Source: Limnochordales bacterium
GTDB taxonomy: Bacteria; Bacillota; Limnochordia; Limnochordales; DUMU01
NCBI GenBank assembly: GCA_014896315.1
Contig: JADBKP010000001.1
Span: 393,557-457,556, forward strand
Direction of reading: 5' to 3'
DNA length: 64,000 nucleotides
The notes beneath the pieces were generated by a model. That model did not search any database, had not been told where the DNA came from, and saw nothing but the letters and a program-made list of their open reading frames with translations. Position 1 is the first letter of the stretch; every line of letters starts with the position of its first letter. Position numbers and translations under genes: made by a program. Shown in pieces: positions 9,715-18,073 of this stretch.

Positions 9715-9965
9715 GCAAAGCGGTTGGCCCATCGTTCGATGTCCAGGGGCTGCGCATCGGGGTATACCGGGTCGCAAGCGAATGCCAGGCGGTTACGGTG
9801 TTCCAGGTAGTAACCGTACTCGTGCGCCACCGAGAACACCTGATGCCCTAGAGACCGGGTCGAATCGACGACAATAAAGTGTTCATCCCGATACCGTGCC
9901 AGAAGAGCAGAGCTGTTCTGAAACCCGAAAGGGTATCGGATAACCCGAAGCCCTGTCGTACTGCG
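9711..9965 (-). pseudogene. ImmA/IrrE-family metallopeptidase core, apparently 5'-truncated
   Basis: GLRVIRYPF..ALLARYRDEHFIVVDSTRSLGHQVFSVAHEYGYYLEH..ERWANRFA matches the ImmA/IrrE layout. The HExxH motif is degenerate (HEYGY), and I see no plausible start or partner XRE (Xre-family repressor) gene. Confidence 0.45.
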
Positions 9966-10058
9966 GCCTTCTGTCCCCTGCAAGCGACAGGCATCAGGTC
10001 CGCGAGGCCATGATATTATGTGGGAGCGAGTCTGGCTTGGCCGGGAGGCGGAGATTAT

Positions 10059-11054
10059 ATGCAAGCCATTGTTCCAGTGGCAGGTATTGGCACGCGGCTG
10101 CGGCCGCATACGCACACCGTTCCCAAGGCCCTGGTCTCAGTGGCCGGAAAGCCGATCCTCGGACATATCCTGGACCAACTGCTACCCCTGGGGATCGACG
10201 AAGTTATCCTGGTCGTAGGTTATCTGGGCGATAAGATCGTCAATTATGTCAACACCCACTATCAGGTAGCCGTTCGCTTCGTCGAACAAGAAGAACGCCT
10301 GGGGCTCGGCCACGCGATCTACCTGACCCGAGAGGTAGTCCGCCCGGAGGAGCCGGTCCTGATCGTACTGGGAGACACGATCTTCCGTGCCGACCTCGGT
10401 CCGGTGCTCAAGGGTTCAACCAGCGCCCTCGGAGTCAAGGCAGTAGACAACCCCCGCAATTTCGGCGTGGTTGAACTGGATGCGAGCAACCGCATCCGCC
10501 GGTTGGTGGAAAAGCCCTCCGACCCGCCAAGCAACCTGGCGATTGTCGGGCTCTATTTCATCCGCAACCCGCGCCTGCTATTCCAGGGACTCGAGGAAAT
10601 CATCCGTCGCAACCAGAGGGTCAAAGGGGAATTTCAGCTCACCGACGGGCTCCAGTACATGCTCGAGGCGGGCGAGGAGTTTACCACCTTCTTCGTGAAC
10701 GACTGGTTTGACTGCGGCAATCCCCGGACGCTCCTGGAAACCAACCACGTTCTGCTTTCGGAGAATACAGTTCACTATCAACCTGGCGAGACCGTGGTCG
10801 ATTCGATCATCATTCCTCCCGTCTCCATCGCCCCGACGGCGCGCGTCCGTCAGTCGGTGATCGGCCCGTACGTTTCCATAGGCGACGACGCCGAGATCGT
10901 CCTGTCAGTAGTCAAGGAGAGCATCATCAACGAGGGGGCGCGCGTCTCCAACGTGGTGCTGAGCGATTCGGTGGTCGGTGAACGAGCGGTCGTGGAGGGC
11001 ACTTTCACCTCGCTCAACATTGGCGACTCCTCGGAAATCCGCATCGGCAGGTAA
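10059..11054 (+). CDS. Sugar-phosphate nucleotidyltransferase (glucose-1-phosphate thymidylyl/uridylyltransferase-like, with a C-terminal left-handed beta-helix)
   Basis: MQAIVPVAGIGTRLRPHTHTVPKALV (G-x-G-T-R-L motif), VLGDT and EKP motifs, and a hexapeptide-repeat-like tail. Start trimmed to the ATG at 10059, after GGGAGGCGGAG. Confidence 0.8.
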   Translation: MQAIVPVAGIGTRLRPHTHTVPKALVSVAGKPILGHILDQLLPLGIDEVILVVGYLGDKIVNYVNTHYQVAVRFVEQEERLGLGHAIYLTREVVRPEEPVLIVLGDTIFRADLGPVLKGSTSALGVKAVDNPRNFGVVELDASNRIRRLVEKPSDPPSNLAIVGLYFIRNPRLLFQGLEEIIRRNQRVKGEFQLTDGLQYMLEAGEEFTTFFVNDWFDCGNPRTLLETNHVLLSENTVHYQPGETVVDSIIIPPVSIAPTARVRQSVIGPYVSIGDDAEIVLSVVKESIINEGARVSNVVLSDSVVGERAVVEGTFTSLNIGDSSEIRIGR

Positions 11055-11056
11055 AG

Positions 11057-11869
11057 TCAGCCTGTGCCGGACAGGCGGAAAAAGCTGCGGGCAGCAGCGG
11101 TCGTTGATGCCGCAACCTCTGCCAGGCTGAGGCCGCGTACCTCGGCCAGTTTGGCCGCAACCTCGCGGACATGGGCTGGTTCATTACGTCTGCCTCGGTA
11201 AGGCTCGGGAGCGAGGTAGGGGGCATCGGTCTCGACCAGCAACTTGTCCGGAGGGATGATGGTGGCAATCTCCCGAAGCCACTGCAGCTTTTTGAAAGTG
11301 ATCGGCCCCGCCAGCGAGATCCAGCATCCGAAGGCGAGAGCCCGCTCGGCATAGGGCCGGCTGCCCAGAAAGCAGTGGAGCACCACCTGCGGGCCGCCCG
11401 GAGTTCCTACCCCTGCCGCCTCCAGGATGGCAAGGGTCTCCTCCTCCGCCTCCCGGCTGTGTACGATTACGGGAAGGCCCAATTCGGCGGCCAATCCCAG
11501 CTGGCGTCGGAAAACTTCCTGTTGGGTGGGGCGAGGGGAGTAGTCATAGTGAAAATCGAGTCCCACCTCGCCGATGGCGACCACGCCAGGAGTACGGGCC
11601 AGTCTCCGCAACTCGGCCTCTTCCTCGCGGCCAAAATTCCTGGCATCGTGGGGGTGAACCCCCACAGCAGCAAAGAGCTGCGGCCCGCCCGGACGCCCGG
11701 AATCGCCACCTGCCAGCGCAAGGGCCCGTCGCGACGAGGGAAGGTCGAACCCGGGAACAACCACCTGCAGCACTCCGGCTGCCACCGCCCGTCGCAAAAC
11801 CTCTTCTAGATCACCGGCAAAGGCTTCGTCGTTCAAGTGGGAATGTGTATCCACCAGTTCTATCTGCAC
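11057..11869 (-). CDS. tatD: TatD family metal-dependent hydrolase
   Basis: (M)QIELVDTHSHLND, GEVGLDFHY, VIVHSREA and ETDAPYL are TatD/YabD motifs. GTG start with an AAGGAG SD. Confidence 0.85.
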   Translation of the reverse strand: MQIELVDTHSHLNDEAFAGDLEEVLRRAVAAGVLQVVVPGFDLPSSRRALALAGGDSGRPGGPQLFAAVGVHPHDARNFGREEEAELRRLARTPGVVAIGEVGLDFHYDYSPRPTQQEVFRRQLGLAAELGLPVIVHSREAEEETLAILEAAGVGTPGGPQVVLHCFLGSRPYAERALAFGCWISLAGPITFKKLQWLREIATIIPPDKLLVETDAPYLAPEPYRGRRNEPAHVREVAAKLAEVRGLSLAEVAASTTAAARSFFRLSGTG

Positions 11870-11969
11870 CTAACCATCTCCTTGACTGGTAACTCTCGTC
11901 AGTACCAGGAAGATTCGGGAGAGACGAGAATTAGTGTAAGTAGCCTAGGCCAAAGGTGGCGAGCTGGCG

Positions 11970-13277
11970 TTGCCCTTCGGTTTGCTAGTAATTATCATCA
12001 CGGTGCTGCTTGGCGCTCTGGTTGCCTGGGTCGGTGACCGTATCGGGCGCAAGGTCGGCCGACAGCGGCTGTCCTTGTTCGGGCTGCGACCAAAGTATAC
12101 CTCGGTTATTGTGACCATAACCACCGGGGCGTTTATAGTACTGGTAACCATCACCACCATGGCTCTTCTATCACAGGACGCGCGGACCGCCCTGTTTGGC
12201 ATCGAAGAGCTGCGGTCGACCATCAAAAGCTTGGAAAGCGATCGACAGCTCCGTCAGAAGGAGCTAAACGAGCTCCAGCAGCGTCTGGCTCGCGACCAGA
12301 AGCAGCTTGGCGAAACTCTGGCCACGCTCTCTTCCACGCAGAAACAACTGCAGGCAGTCAAGGCCGAGATTGACGGATTGAACCGGGAGATAAGCAAGCT
12401 GACCTCTGACAGGGACAAGCTGTTACAGGAGCGGGCGAGGCTGGCGAGGGAAAAGGAAGCACTCGAAGCCGAGCGTTCAGCGCTGGAAGAGCGCGTTAAA
12501 GAGCTCGGCAATCAGGTTAGCAACTTGCGTTCTTTCAGCGACCGTCTTTTTGGTGATCTTTCCCGATACTTCTTCGGTTTCCGCCAGGGACACGTGGTCA
12601 TTCGCTCGGGGCAGCCCCTCAGCTACGGCGTAATACCAACCGACCGTGACACCGACACAATCAAAGGATATCTCAACTATCTGTTAACCTCAGCAGCCCA
12701 GACGGCGCAGGTTTGGGGCGCCGGTGCCGATGACCAGGGACACATCTTGCTGCTCAACCAGTGGGTGACCGAAAAAGATCCGATTTCAGGCGAACTTCGT
12801 TTACGACAACTGTCGGTGGACGAGATCCTGGATCAGGTGGCTCACGCTCTGCGCAGCAACCCAAACGTTACCAGCGCGATCGTGCGCGTGGTCTCCGTCG
12901 CCAACACGCTGCAGGGTGAACCCGTACCGGTAGATTTTGAGCTATTCATCAACCGTATCATCTACAACAAGGGCGATATCATCGATAGCATCATTCTGGA
13001 CGGCCGCAGTTCCGAAGCGGAGTTGTTCACCCGCCTCTATTCCTTCCTCCGGGTCAACATCAACCAGGAAGCTCGGGCTCGGGGCGTGCTGGAATCCCCG
13101 GAAGGTTCACTCGGTGAGATCAGTATCGAACGGGCTTTCTCGGTCATACAGGAGGTTCGCAAAGCTCAGCAGCCTGTGCGTGTCGATGTAGTAGCCGCCG
13201 AAACGATCTCCACCATCGGCCCGCTTAACATTGACTTCCATCTTGTGATCCCCGCCGCAGATACTGGCAGGGATTGA
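11970..13277 (+). CDS. DUF3084-type membrane-anchored coiled-coil protein
   Basis: TTG start. N-terminal transmembrane segments (FGLLVIIITVLLGALVAWVGDRIGRKVGRQRLSLFGLRPKYTSVIVTI) are followed by a long heptad-like segment rich in Q, E, L and K. Confidence 0.7.
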   Translation: MPFGLLVIIITVLLGALVAWVGDRIGRKVGRQRLSLFGLRPKYTSVIVTITTGAFIVLVTITTMALLSQDARTALFGIEELRSTIKSLESDRQLRQKELNELQQRLARDQKQLGETLATLSSTQKQLQAVKAEIDGLNREISKLTSDRDKLLQERARLAREKEALEAERSALEERVKELGNQVSNLRSFSDRLFGDLSRYFFGFRQGHVVIRSGQPLSYGVIPTDRDTDTIKGYLNYLLTSAAQTAQVWGAGADDQGHILLLNQWVTEKDPISGELRLRQLSVDEILDQVAHALRSNPNVTSAIVRVVSVANTLQGEPVPVDFELFINRIIYNKGDIIDSIILDGRSSEAELFTRLYSFLRVNINQEARARGVLESPEGSLGEISIERAFSVIQEVRKAQQPVRVDVVAAETISTIGPLNIDFHLVIPAADTGRD

Positions 13278-13302
13278 CGGGCTCTGGAAATTTCAGTATA
13301 CT
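13274..13302 (+). promoter_or_regulatory. Sigma-A-type promoter candidate for abrB
   Basis: TTGACG, a 17-nt spacer, then TATACT, about 50 nt upstream of the abrB start. TGGCGAA (13306..13312) and TGTCGAC (13323..13329) just downstream resemble Spo0A boxes (TGNCGAA). Confidence 0.4.
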
Positions 13303-13350
13303 CCTTGGCGAAGTCGTTTTTGTGTCGACCGGCGTCGAGGAGGGATAAAG

Positions 13351-13596
13351 GTGAAGTCGACTGGTATTGTTCGTAAAGTAGACGAACTTGGCCGGGTGGT
13401 GATTCCCATAGAGCTGCGCCGCACCCTACAGATCGGCGAGAAAGATGCGCTCGAGATCTATGTGGACGGCGAGAAGATCGTGCTGAAGAAGTACCAGCCC
13501 GCCTGCATCTTTTGCGGCAATGCCAACGGAATTCGCGTCTTCAAGGAGAAGAACATCTGCGCTGACTGTTGGCAAGCCATGCGTTCAGCCTCGTAA
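13351..13596 (+). CDS. abrB: AbrB/SpoVT-family transition-state regulator
   Basis: (M)KSTGIVRKVDELGRVVIPIELRRTLQIGEKDALEIYVDGEKIVLKKY is a textbook AbrB N-terminal swapped-hairpin domain. GTG start after GAGGAGGGA. Confidence 0.9.
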   Translation: MKSTGIVRKVDELGRVVIPIELRRTLQIGEKDALEIYVDGEKIVLKKYQPACIFCGNANGIRVFKEKNICADCWQAMRSAS

Positions 13597-13648
13597 CCCG
13601 GGCCGCTGTTGCCGGCGCCCTTGGCGCTACCGGTACGACCCGGCTCGA

Positions 13649-13678
13649 CCCGGCGGGCCCACATGCTCGCCGGGTTTT
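13649..13678 (+). terminator. Rho-independent terminator candidate after abrB
   Basis: CCCGGCG..(12 nt)..CGCCGGG followed by TTTT. Confidence 0.5.
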
Positions 13679-13679
13679 C

Positions 13680-14588
13680 TCACCTCTCCTGCTCATCGCC
13701 ATCACTCTCATCCGAACTCGAGCCGGGCACATCGGCAGCGGTGGCATATAACAACTGATAGAGTTGACGCCGGCTGAGGCCGAATTCTCTGGCGACCTGA
13801 CGCAGGGCATCGGTCCGGGAGATGCCCTCCGCCATAACTTCGGCTACCCTCTGTAACATCTGCTCTCGTCGCTGTTCTTCATCGGCTCGTTCGGGCGAGT
13901 CTGCCCTGTCGGGTAAAGGCTGAGCCTCTTGAGCTTCCAGGACCAGAGTGATCTCGCCTTTCGCCTCCCGTTGAGCCCACCTGGCGGCCAGATCGCTTAA
14001 GGATCCGACGTCTATCTCCTCATGAACCTTAGTCAGCTCGCGAGCGACAGCAGCCCGACGGCCCGGCATAAGCGCAGCCAGGTCCTGCAAGGTTCGTACC
14101 AGGCGTGGTGGGGCTTCAAAGATCACCACCGCCCGTTCCTCTCCTGCGAGTTTCTGCAACCGTCGCCGCCGGGCTGCACCGCTACGCGGCAGGAAGCCCT
14201 CAAAGCACCAGCGATCGGCCACCAGCCCCGCAATCATCACAGCAGTGGTAACGGCAGAAGGGCCGGGAAGCACCGTGACCGGCAAGCCTTCTTGCCGACA
14301 GGCAGCTACAAGCTCCCGCCCGGGATCAGAGACACCGGGTGAACCGGCATCGGTTACAAGGGCCAGTCGGCGGCCCTGCCGCAACTCTACCAGAAGGTGC
14401 GGAAGCTGCTGCCGCCAGTTGTGACTGTGGTAGCTGAGCAGGGGCTTCTCAATCCCGTAGTGCTTCAGGAGTTTCCGCGTCTGGCGGGTGTCCTCGGCTA
14501 CTATCGCATCTACCTCACGCAAAGTGCGGAGCACTCGCAACGTAATATCTTCCAGGTTCCCAATCGGGGTGGCACAAACGTAGAGCAC
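13680..14588 (-). CDS. rsmI: 16S rRNA (cytidine1402-2'-O)-methyltransferase
   Basis: (M)LYVCATPIGNLEDITLRVLRTLREVDAIVAEDTRQTRKLL is the RsmI signature. I prefer the GTG at 14588 (GGAGGAG SD); the track ORF extends to a TTG at 14621. Confidence 0.85.
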   Translation of the reverse strand: MLYVCATPIGNLEDITLRVLRTLREVDAIVAEDTRQTRKLLKHYGIEKPLLSYHSHNWRQQLPHLLVELRQGRRLALVTDAGSPGVSDPGRELVAACRQEGLPVTVLPGPSAVTTAVMIAGLVADRWCFEGFLPRSGAARRRRLQKLAGEERAVVIFEAPPRLVRTLQDLAALMPGRRAAVARELTKVHEEIDVGSLSDLAARWAQREAKGEITLVLEAQEAQPLPDRADSPERADEEQRREQMLQRVAEVMAEGISRTDALRQVAREFGLSRRQLYQLLYATAADVPGSSSDESDGDEQER

Positions 14589-14617
14589 CCGTCTCCTCCC
14601 CACCCGGCTAAAGCAGA

Positions 14618-15754
14618 TCAACCTGCTTCCGCGGCCCGCGCTTGTCCGTCCGGGTGCGAATCCTTGCGCGGGCGGGCCCGCCGATGCCGCTCTGGTTGCC
14701 TGCCGCGACGATGTCCCCGTCCCTTTCCTTTGGAGACTTGCCGGGCTTCAGGGCAAGCAGGAGCGGACCGCCGCTTCCGTGACCGACGTTGCCTCTCTTC
14801 CCCGCGCGCCGGCGACGGCGTCTTGCCGGACTCAGCGCCGGAATCATCTGCCTCCTGCGGCGGCGGAAGATCGATGGTGGTCACGCGATTGCCCTCTCCT
14901 GGCTCGCTTCCGGCATCCGAATCATGCGCCACAGCTGCCTCCACGTGGCAGCGGCCGGCATCTCCATCATCTGCTTCGGCCGTCGTCGTAGCCTCGATCA
15001 GCTTGTTCGTCTCATTCGTCTCGTTGATCTCGCTGCGTTCGTCGGAGAGGAGTTCCTGATCCTGACCGTCGTCTTTGGCAAGACAGTTCCCTTCGCTGTC
15101 ATCCTCATACCGGAGACAACACATCAGCCGGCCACACATACCGGATATGCGCCCGGGGTTGAGCGAGAGGTTCTGCTCCTTTGCCATGCGAATGGCCACT
15201 GGAGCAAATTCCCGCAGGAAGGTGGCACAACAGAGCGGACGACCGCAGGGCCCATAGCCCCCCACCAACCGAGCATGATCGCGGACTCCAATCTGGCGCA
15301 GCTCGACGCGGCAATGGTACCGGGAGGCCAGGTCGTAAACAAGCTCTCGGAAATCGACTCTGCCTTCGGCCACAAAGTAGAAAGTTACTTTGCCGCCGTC
15401 GAAAGTCCACTCCACATCGACAAGGCGCATGGGCAGCCCCCGGGCCTCGATGCGCTCCTGGCAAAATGCCCGTGCCTCCCGTTCTCGAGCCTTGAGTCGC
15501 TCCAGCTCATCGGCATCCTCGGGGCGCCAGACGCGGATTACCGGCTGCAACGGCTGGGGGATGTCCGCAACAGGTACAAGACGCGGCGGAACGACCACCT
15601 CGCCCCACACCTGGCCGTGCTCGGTCGCCACCAGAACACGCATTCTGCGCTCGAGGGCCAGGTCCCTGGGATCGAAATAATAGATGCGAGCCGACTTGGG
15701 AAGCCGGACTCCCACAACAGTCCGCAGTTCCTTCTGGGCAACACTCTCTTGCAC
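14618..15754 (-). CDS. ricT: PSP1-domain protein YaaT/RicT with a long disordered C-terminal tail
   Basis: VVGVRLPKSARIYYFDP, the PSP1 core and the ..MCGRLMCCLRYE Cys cluster. I prefer the GTG at 15754 (GAGAAGGTGA SD, no overlap with holB); the track ORF runs to 15841. Confidence 0.8.
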   Translation of the reverse strand: MQESVAQKELRTVVGVRLPKSARIYYFDPRDLALERRMRVLVATEHGQVWGEVVVPPRLVPVADIPQPLQPVIRVWRPEDADELERLKAREREARAFCQERIEARGLPMRLVDVEWTFDGGKVTFYFVAEGRVDFRELVYDLASRYHCRVELRQIGVRDHARLVGGYGPCGRPLCCATFLREFAPVAIRMAKEQNLSLNPGRISGMCGRLMCCLRYEDDSEGNCLAKDDGQDQELLSDERSEINETNETNKLIEATTTAEADDGDAGRCHVEAAVAHDSDAGSEPGEGNRVTTIDLPPPQEADDSGAESGKTPSPARGEERQRRSRKRRSAPACPEARQVSKGKGRGHRRGRQPERHRRARPRKDSHPDGQARAAEAG

Positions 15755-15758
15755 AATT

Positions 15759-16844
15759 TCACCTTCTCTGGGCTGGCACACGCTCAAAAGATCGCTCCTT
15801 ATGCCAGCCGTCCCGAACACGGAGAAAAAGCACCTCGACACCCAGACGAGCGCTACCTAATTGTCCAACTTTCCGGGCCATCTGGTAGGCTTCCTTGGCC
15901 AAGTCGATAAAGATCTCCGATTCTGGCACACGGAGGTCACCCTTAACAAGTCTTTCTTTCAACTCAGGAACGAGCAACAGCTCGTGTACTTGTTGTACTT
16001 GTCCGTGGGCCGATGCCACCAAAGCCAGATCTCGCAAGACTAGAGCCAGGGTTTCTAGCCTCTTCGCCAGGTCCTGGGCCTCGGCCCAGGCCTGGGCCTC
16101 CTCGAACAATCGGTGGGCCGAGACCTTTCCTAGCTGCAAGACCCACTCCGCCACTGCCCGGCGGAGAGCAGCGGACTCTTCCGCACTCAGCTCTCGGGCT
16201 ATCGCCGGTCGTCCTCCCGACAGCCGGGCCACACTGGCTGCCACCTGCTGTGGCACACCCTGGTCAACAAGCCAAGCCTCCACCAGAGCAACGGGTAGAG
16301 CCGTCAGGCTAACCTGCTGGCAACGCGAGCGAACCGTGGGTAATAAGCCGGCGGGACTTTCGGTCACCAGCAGCCATTTCACCCGCTCCGGCGGTTCTTC
16401 CAGGCTTTTCAATAGCATATTCTGCCCCGCATCTGTCAGCATGTCAGCGGGAATCAGCACGCCCACGCTGTAATTGGCCCGTGCAGGGCGCAAAGCGGCA
16501 ACCTGCCTGACCCACTCGCGGAGCAGGTCCAACCCGATCCTCTGCCCGTCTCGGGCTGCAAGCCAGTGCAAGTCCGGATGGACCCCCGCCTCCACCGCCT
16601 GGCAGTCCGGGCAGATGCCGCATCCCCACCCCGAGATGTCGGGATGCGCGCAAAGAAGAGCCTGGGCCACCGCCCGGGCCAGTGTGCTTTTCCCGACACC
16701 CGCCGGCCCTGTAATCAGGAGCGCATGAGGCAGGCGCCCGGCGCGCAAGTCAGCGGCGAGCAAAGCTTTGACCCGCTCCTGACCGAGCAAGCGGTCGATC
16801 AGCCGGCCTTGGGCCGGTTCTTTTCCGCTGGTCCCCATCACCAT
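15759..16844 (-). CDS. holB: DNA polymerase III subunit delta'
   Basis: LLGQERVKALLAADLRAGRLPHALLITGPAGVGKSTLARAVAQALLC, a Zn-module-like CGICPDC, and the conserved tmk-darA-holB-yaaT order. Confidence 0.85.
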   Translation of the reverse strand: MVMGTSGKEPAQGRLIDRLLGQERVKALLAADLRAGRLPHALLITGPAGVGKSTLARAVAQALLCAHPDISGWGCGICPDCQAVEAGVHPDLHWLAARDGQRIGLDLLREWVRQVAALRPARANYSVGVLIPADMLTDAGQNMLLKSLEEPPERVKWLLVTESPAGLLPTVRSRCQQVSLTALPVALVEAWLVDQGVPQQVAASVARLSGGRPAIARELSAEESAALRRAVAEWVLQLGKVSAHRLFEEAQAWAEAQDLAKRLETLALVLRDLALVASAHGQVQQVHELLLVPELKERLVKGDLRVPESEIFIDLAKEAYQMARKVGQLGSARLGVEVLFLRVRDGWHKERSFERVPAQRR

Positions 16845-16862
16845 GACAGCACTCGCATCAAG

Positions 16863-17303
16863 TCAAATGCGGTCGAATCGGCTGACATTGAGCACAAAGA
16901 CAATGGCTCCGGCGGATTCCGATCCACAGGGGGTGATTCCTGTTTCCGGACCGGAGAGAGCACCAGTGCCCGCACCCGTACCCGCACCCGCACCGGTACC
17001 CATACCCGTGCCTGTATCTGCGCCTGCATTTGCACCTGCTCCTGCGCCTGCTCCTGCACTTGTACTCGTCCCAGAGCCGGCGCGCGCCTGCCCGCGCCCC
17101 TGGCGCGGCCTGCAGGTATTCCGCAGGATCTCGACCACTTCCGGCACCCGCTCATTTTCCACGCCGATGAGAAAGGTTGTATTCCCCTGGCGCAGAAAGC
17201 CGCCGGTGCTTGCCAGCTTGGTAGCCCGCAGTCCTTTCTCGAGTAGCTTTTCAAGTACCGGCCCCGCGTCCTGGTTTTGAACCACAGCCAGCACCAGTTT
17301 CAT
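16863..17303 (-). CDS. darA: PII-like cyclic-di-AMP receptor DarA/PstA (YaaQ, DUF970) with an expanded loop
   Basis: MKLVLAVVQNQDAGPVLEKLLEKGLRATKLASTGGFLRQGNTTFLIGVENERV and a C-terminal GAIVFVLNVSRFDRI match DarA. ATG at 17303; the track ORF 16863..17570 over-extends upstream. Confidence 0.8.
   Translation of the reverse strand: MKLVLAVVQNQDAGPVLEKLLEKGLRATKLASTGGFLRQGNTTFLIGVENERVPEVVEILRNTCRPRQGRGQARAGSGTSTSAGAGAGAGANAGADTGTGMGTGAGAGTGAGTGALSGPETGITPCGSESAGAIVFVLNVSRFDRI
16961..17070. repeat. Imperfect tandem hexanucleotide repeat (GCNCCN/GTACCC type) inside darA
   Basis: The plus strand reads ..cccgcacccgtacccgcacccgcaccggtacccatacccgtgcctgt..gcacctgctcctgcgcctgctcctgca.. It encodes TSTSAGAGAGAGANAGADTGTGMGTGAGAGTGAGTGA in the darA frame. 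Confidence 0.65.
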
Positions 17304-17326
17304 CACAACCACCCTGCCGTGAGGCC

Positions 17327-17944
17327 TCAGATATTCAGCCCCAGCCGTTGTCGCACCGTAGCTGCTACAGCTTCCGCCACCGCTTCCGGATTTCCCTCGG
17401 CCGGTACTACCGCCATCCGCTCCGGCCAGCGGGCAGCAAGCTGCAGGTAGGCCGCCCGTACCCGTTCCTGGTAGTCCAGACCCCGGGACTCCATCCTGTC
17501 CGGAGGTCGTCCCAGCCGCCTCAAGGCGGTCGCCACCGGAAGATCCAACAGAATGGTCAGATCCGGCCATAGCCCTCCGGTGGCAAACTCGTTTATCTTC
17601 AAGACGGCTTCCACTCCGGCAAAAGATGCGCCACCCTGGTAGGCAAGGCTGGAATCGGTGTACCGATCGAGCAGGACGACTGCCCCGCGGGCCAGTGCTG
17701 GCCGGATCACCTCTTCTACGTGGGTCGCCCGGGCCGCTGCCAGCAGTAACACTTCAGCGGCCACTCCCAGCTCGTACTCCCTGGCGAGCAGCATCCGGCG
17801 GATCGCCTCGCCAAGCGGCGTGCCCCCGGGCTCACGACTGGTGACCACGGTATAACCGGCTGCCTGCAACCGGCGGGCGAGCAACTGCAGCTGCGTACTC
17901 TTGCCCGCGCCATCCACTCCCTCAAATGTGATGAAGGCTGCCAC
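17327..17944 (-). CDS. tmk: dTMP (thymidylate) kinase
   Basis: (M)AAFITFEGVDGAGKSTQLQLLARRL, REPGGTPLGE and DRY..S..AYQG motifs. I prefer the GTG at 17944 (AAAGGGG SD, 7-nt spacer); the track ORF extends to a TTG at 18061. Confidence 0.85.
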   Translation of the reverse strand: MAAFITFEGVDGAGKSTQLQLLARRLQAAGYTVVTSREPGGTPLGEAIRRMLLAREYELGVAAEVLLLAAARATHVEEVIRPALARGAVVLLDRYTDSSLAYQGGASFAGVEAVLKINEFATGGLWPDLTILLDLPVATALRRLGRPPDRMESRGLDYQERVRAAYLQLAARWPERMAVVPAEGNPEAVAEAVAATVRQRLGLNI

Positions 17945-18073
17945 AAGCCCGCCCCTTTCTTTGAGGGTTTCGACACCCGCCCCGGTGGTCCTGCCAAGCA
18001 AGAACTGCCGCCTTCCGGAGGGAGAGGCGGCAGTCGCCACAACAGCTCTGCTGCTAGACAATTCTGTCCACAG

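Noticed and set aside
14789-15910. 373-aa plus-strand ORF over yaaT
   Set aside because: It is antisense to the PSP1-domain gene, and its translation has no recognisable features.
16961-17070. Short tandem repeats that could be mistaken for a CRISPR array or minisatellite
   Set aside because: The repeat unit is only about 6 nt with no spacers. The tract is in frame within darA and encodes a Gly/Ala/Thr linker.
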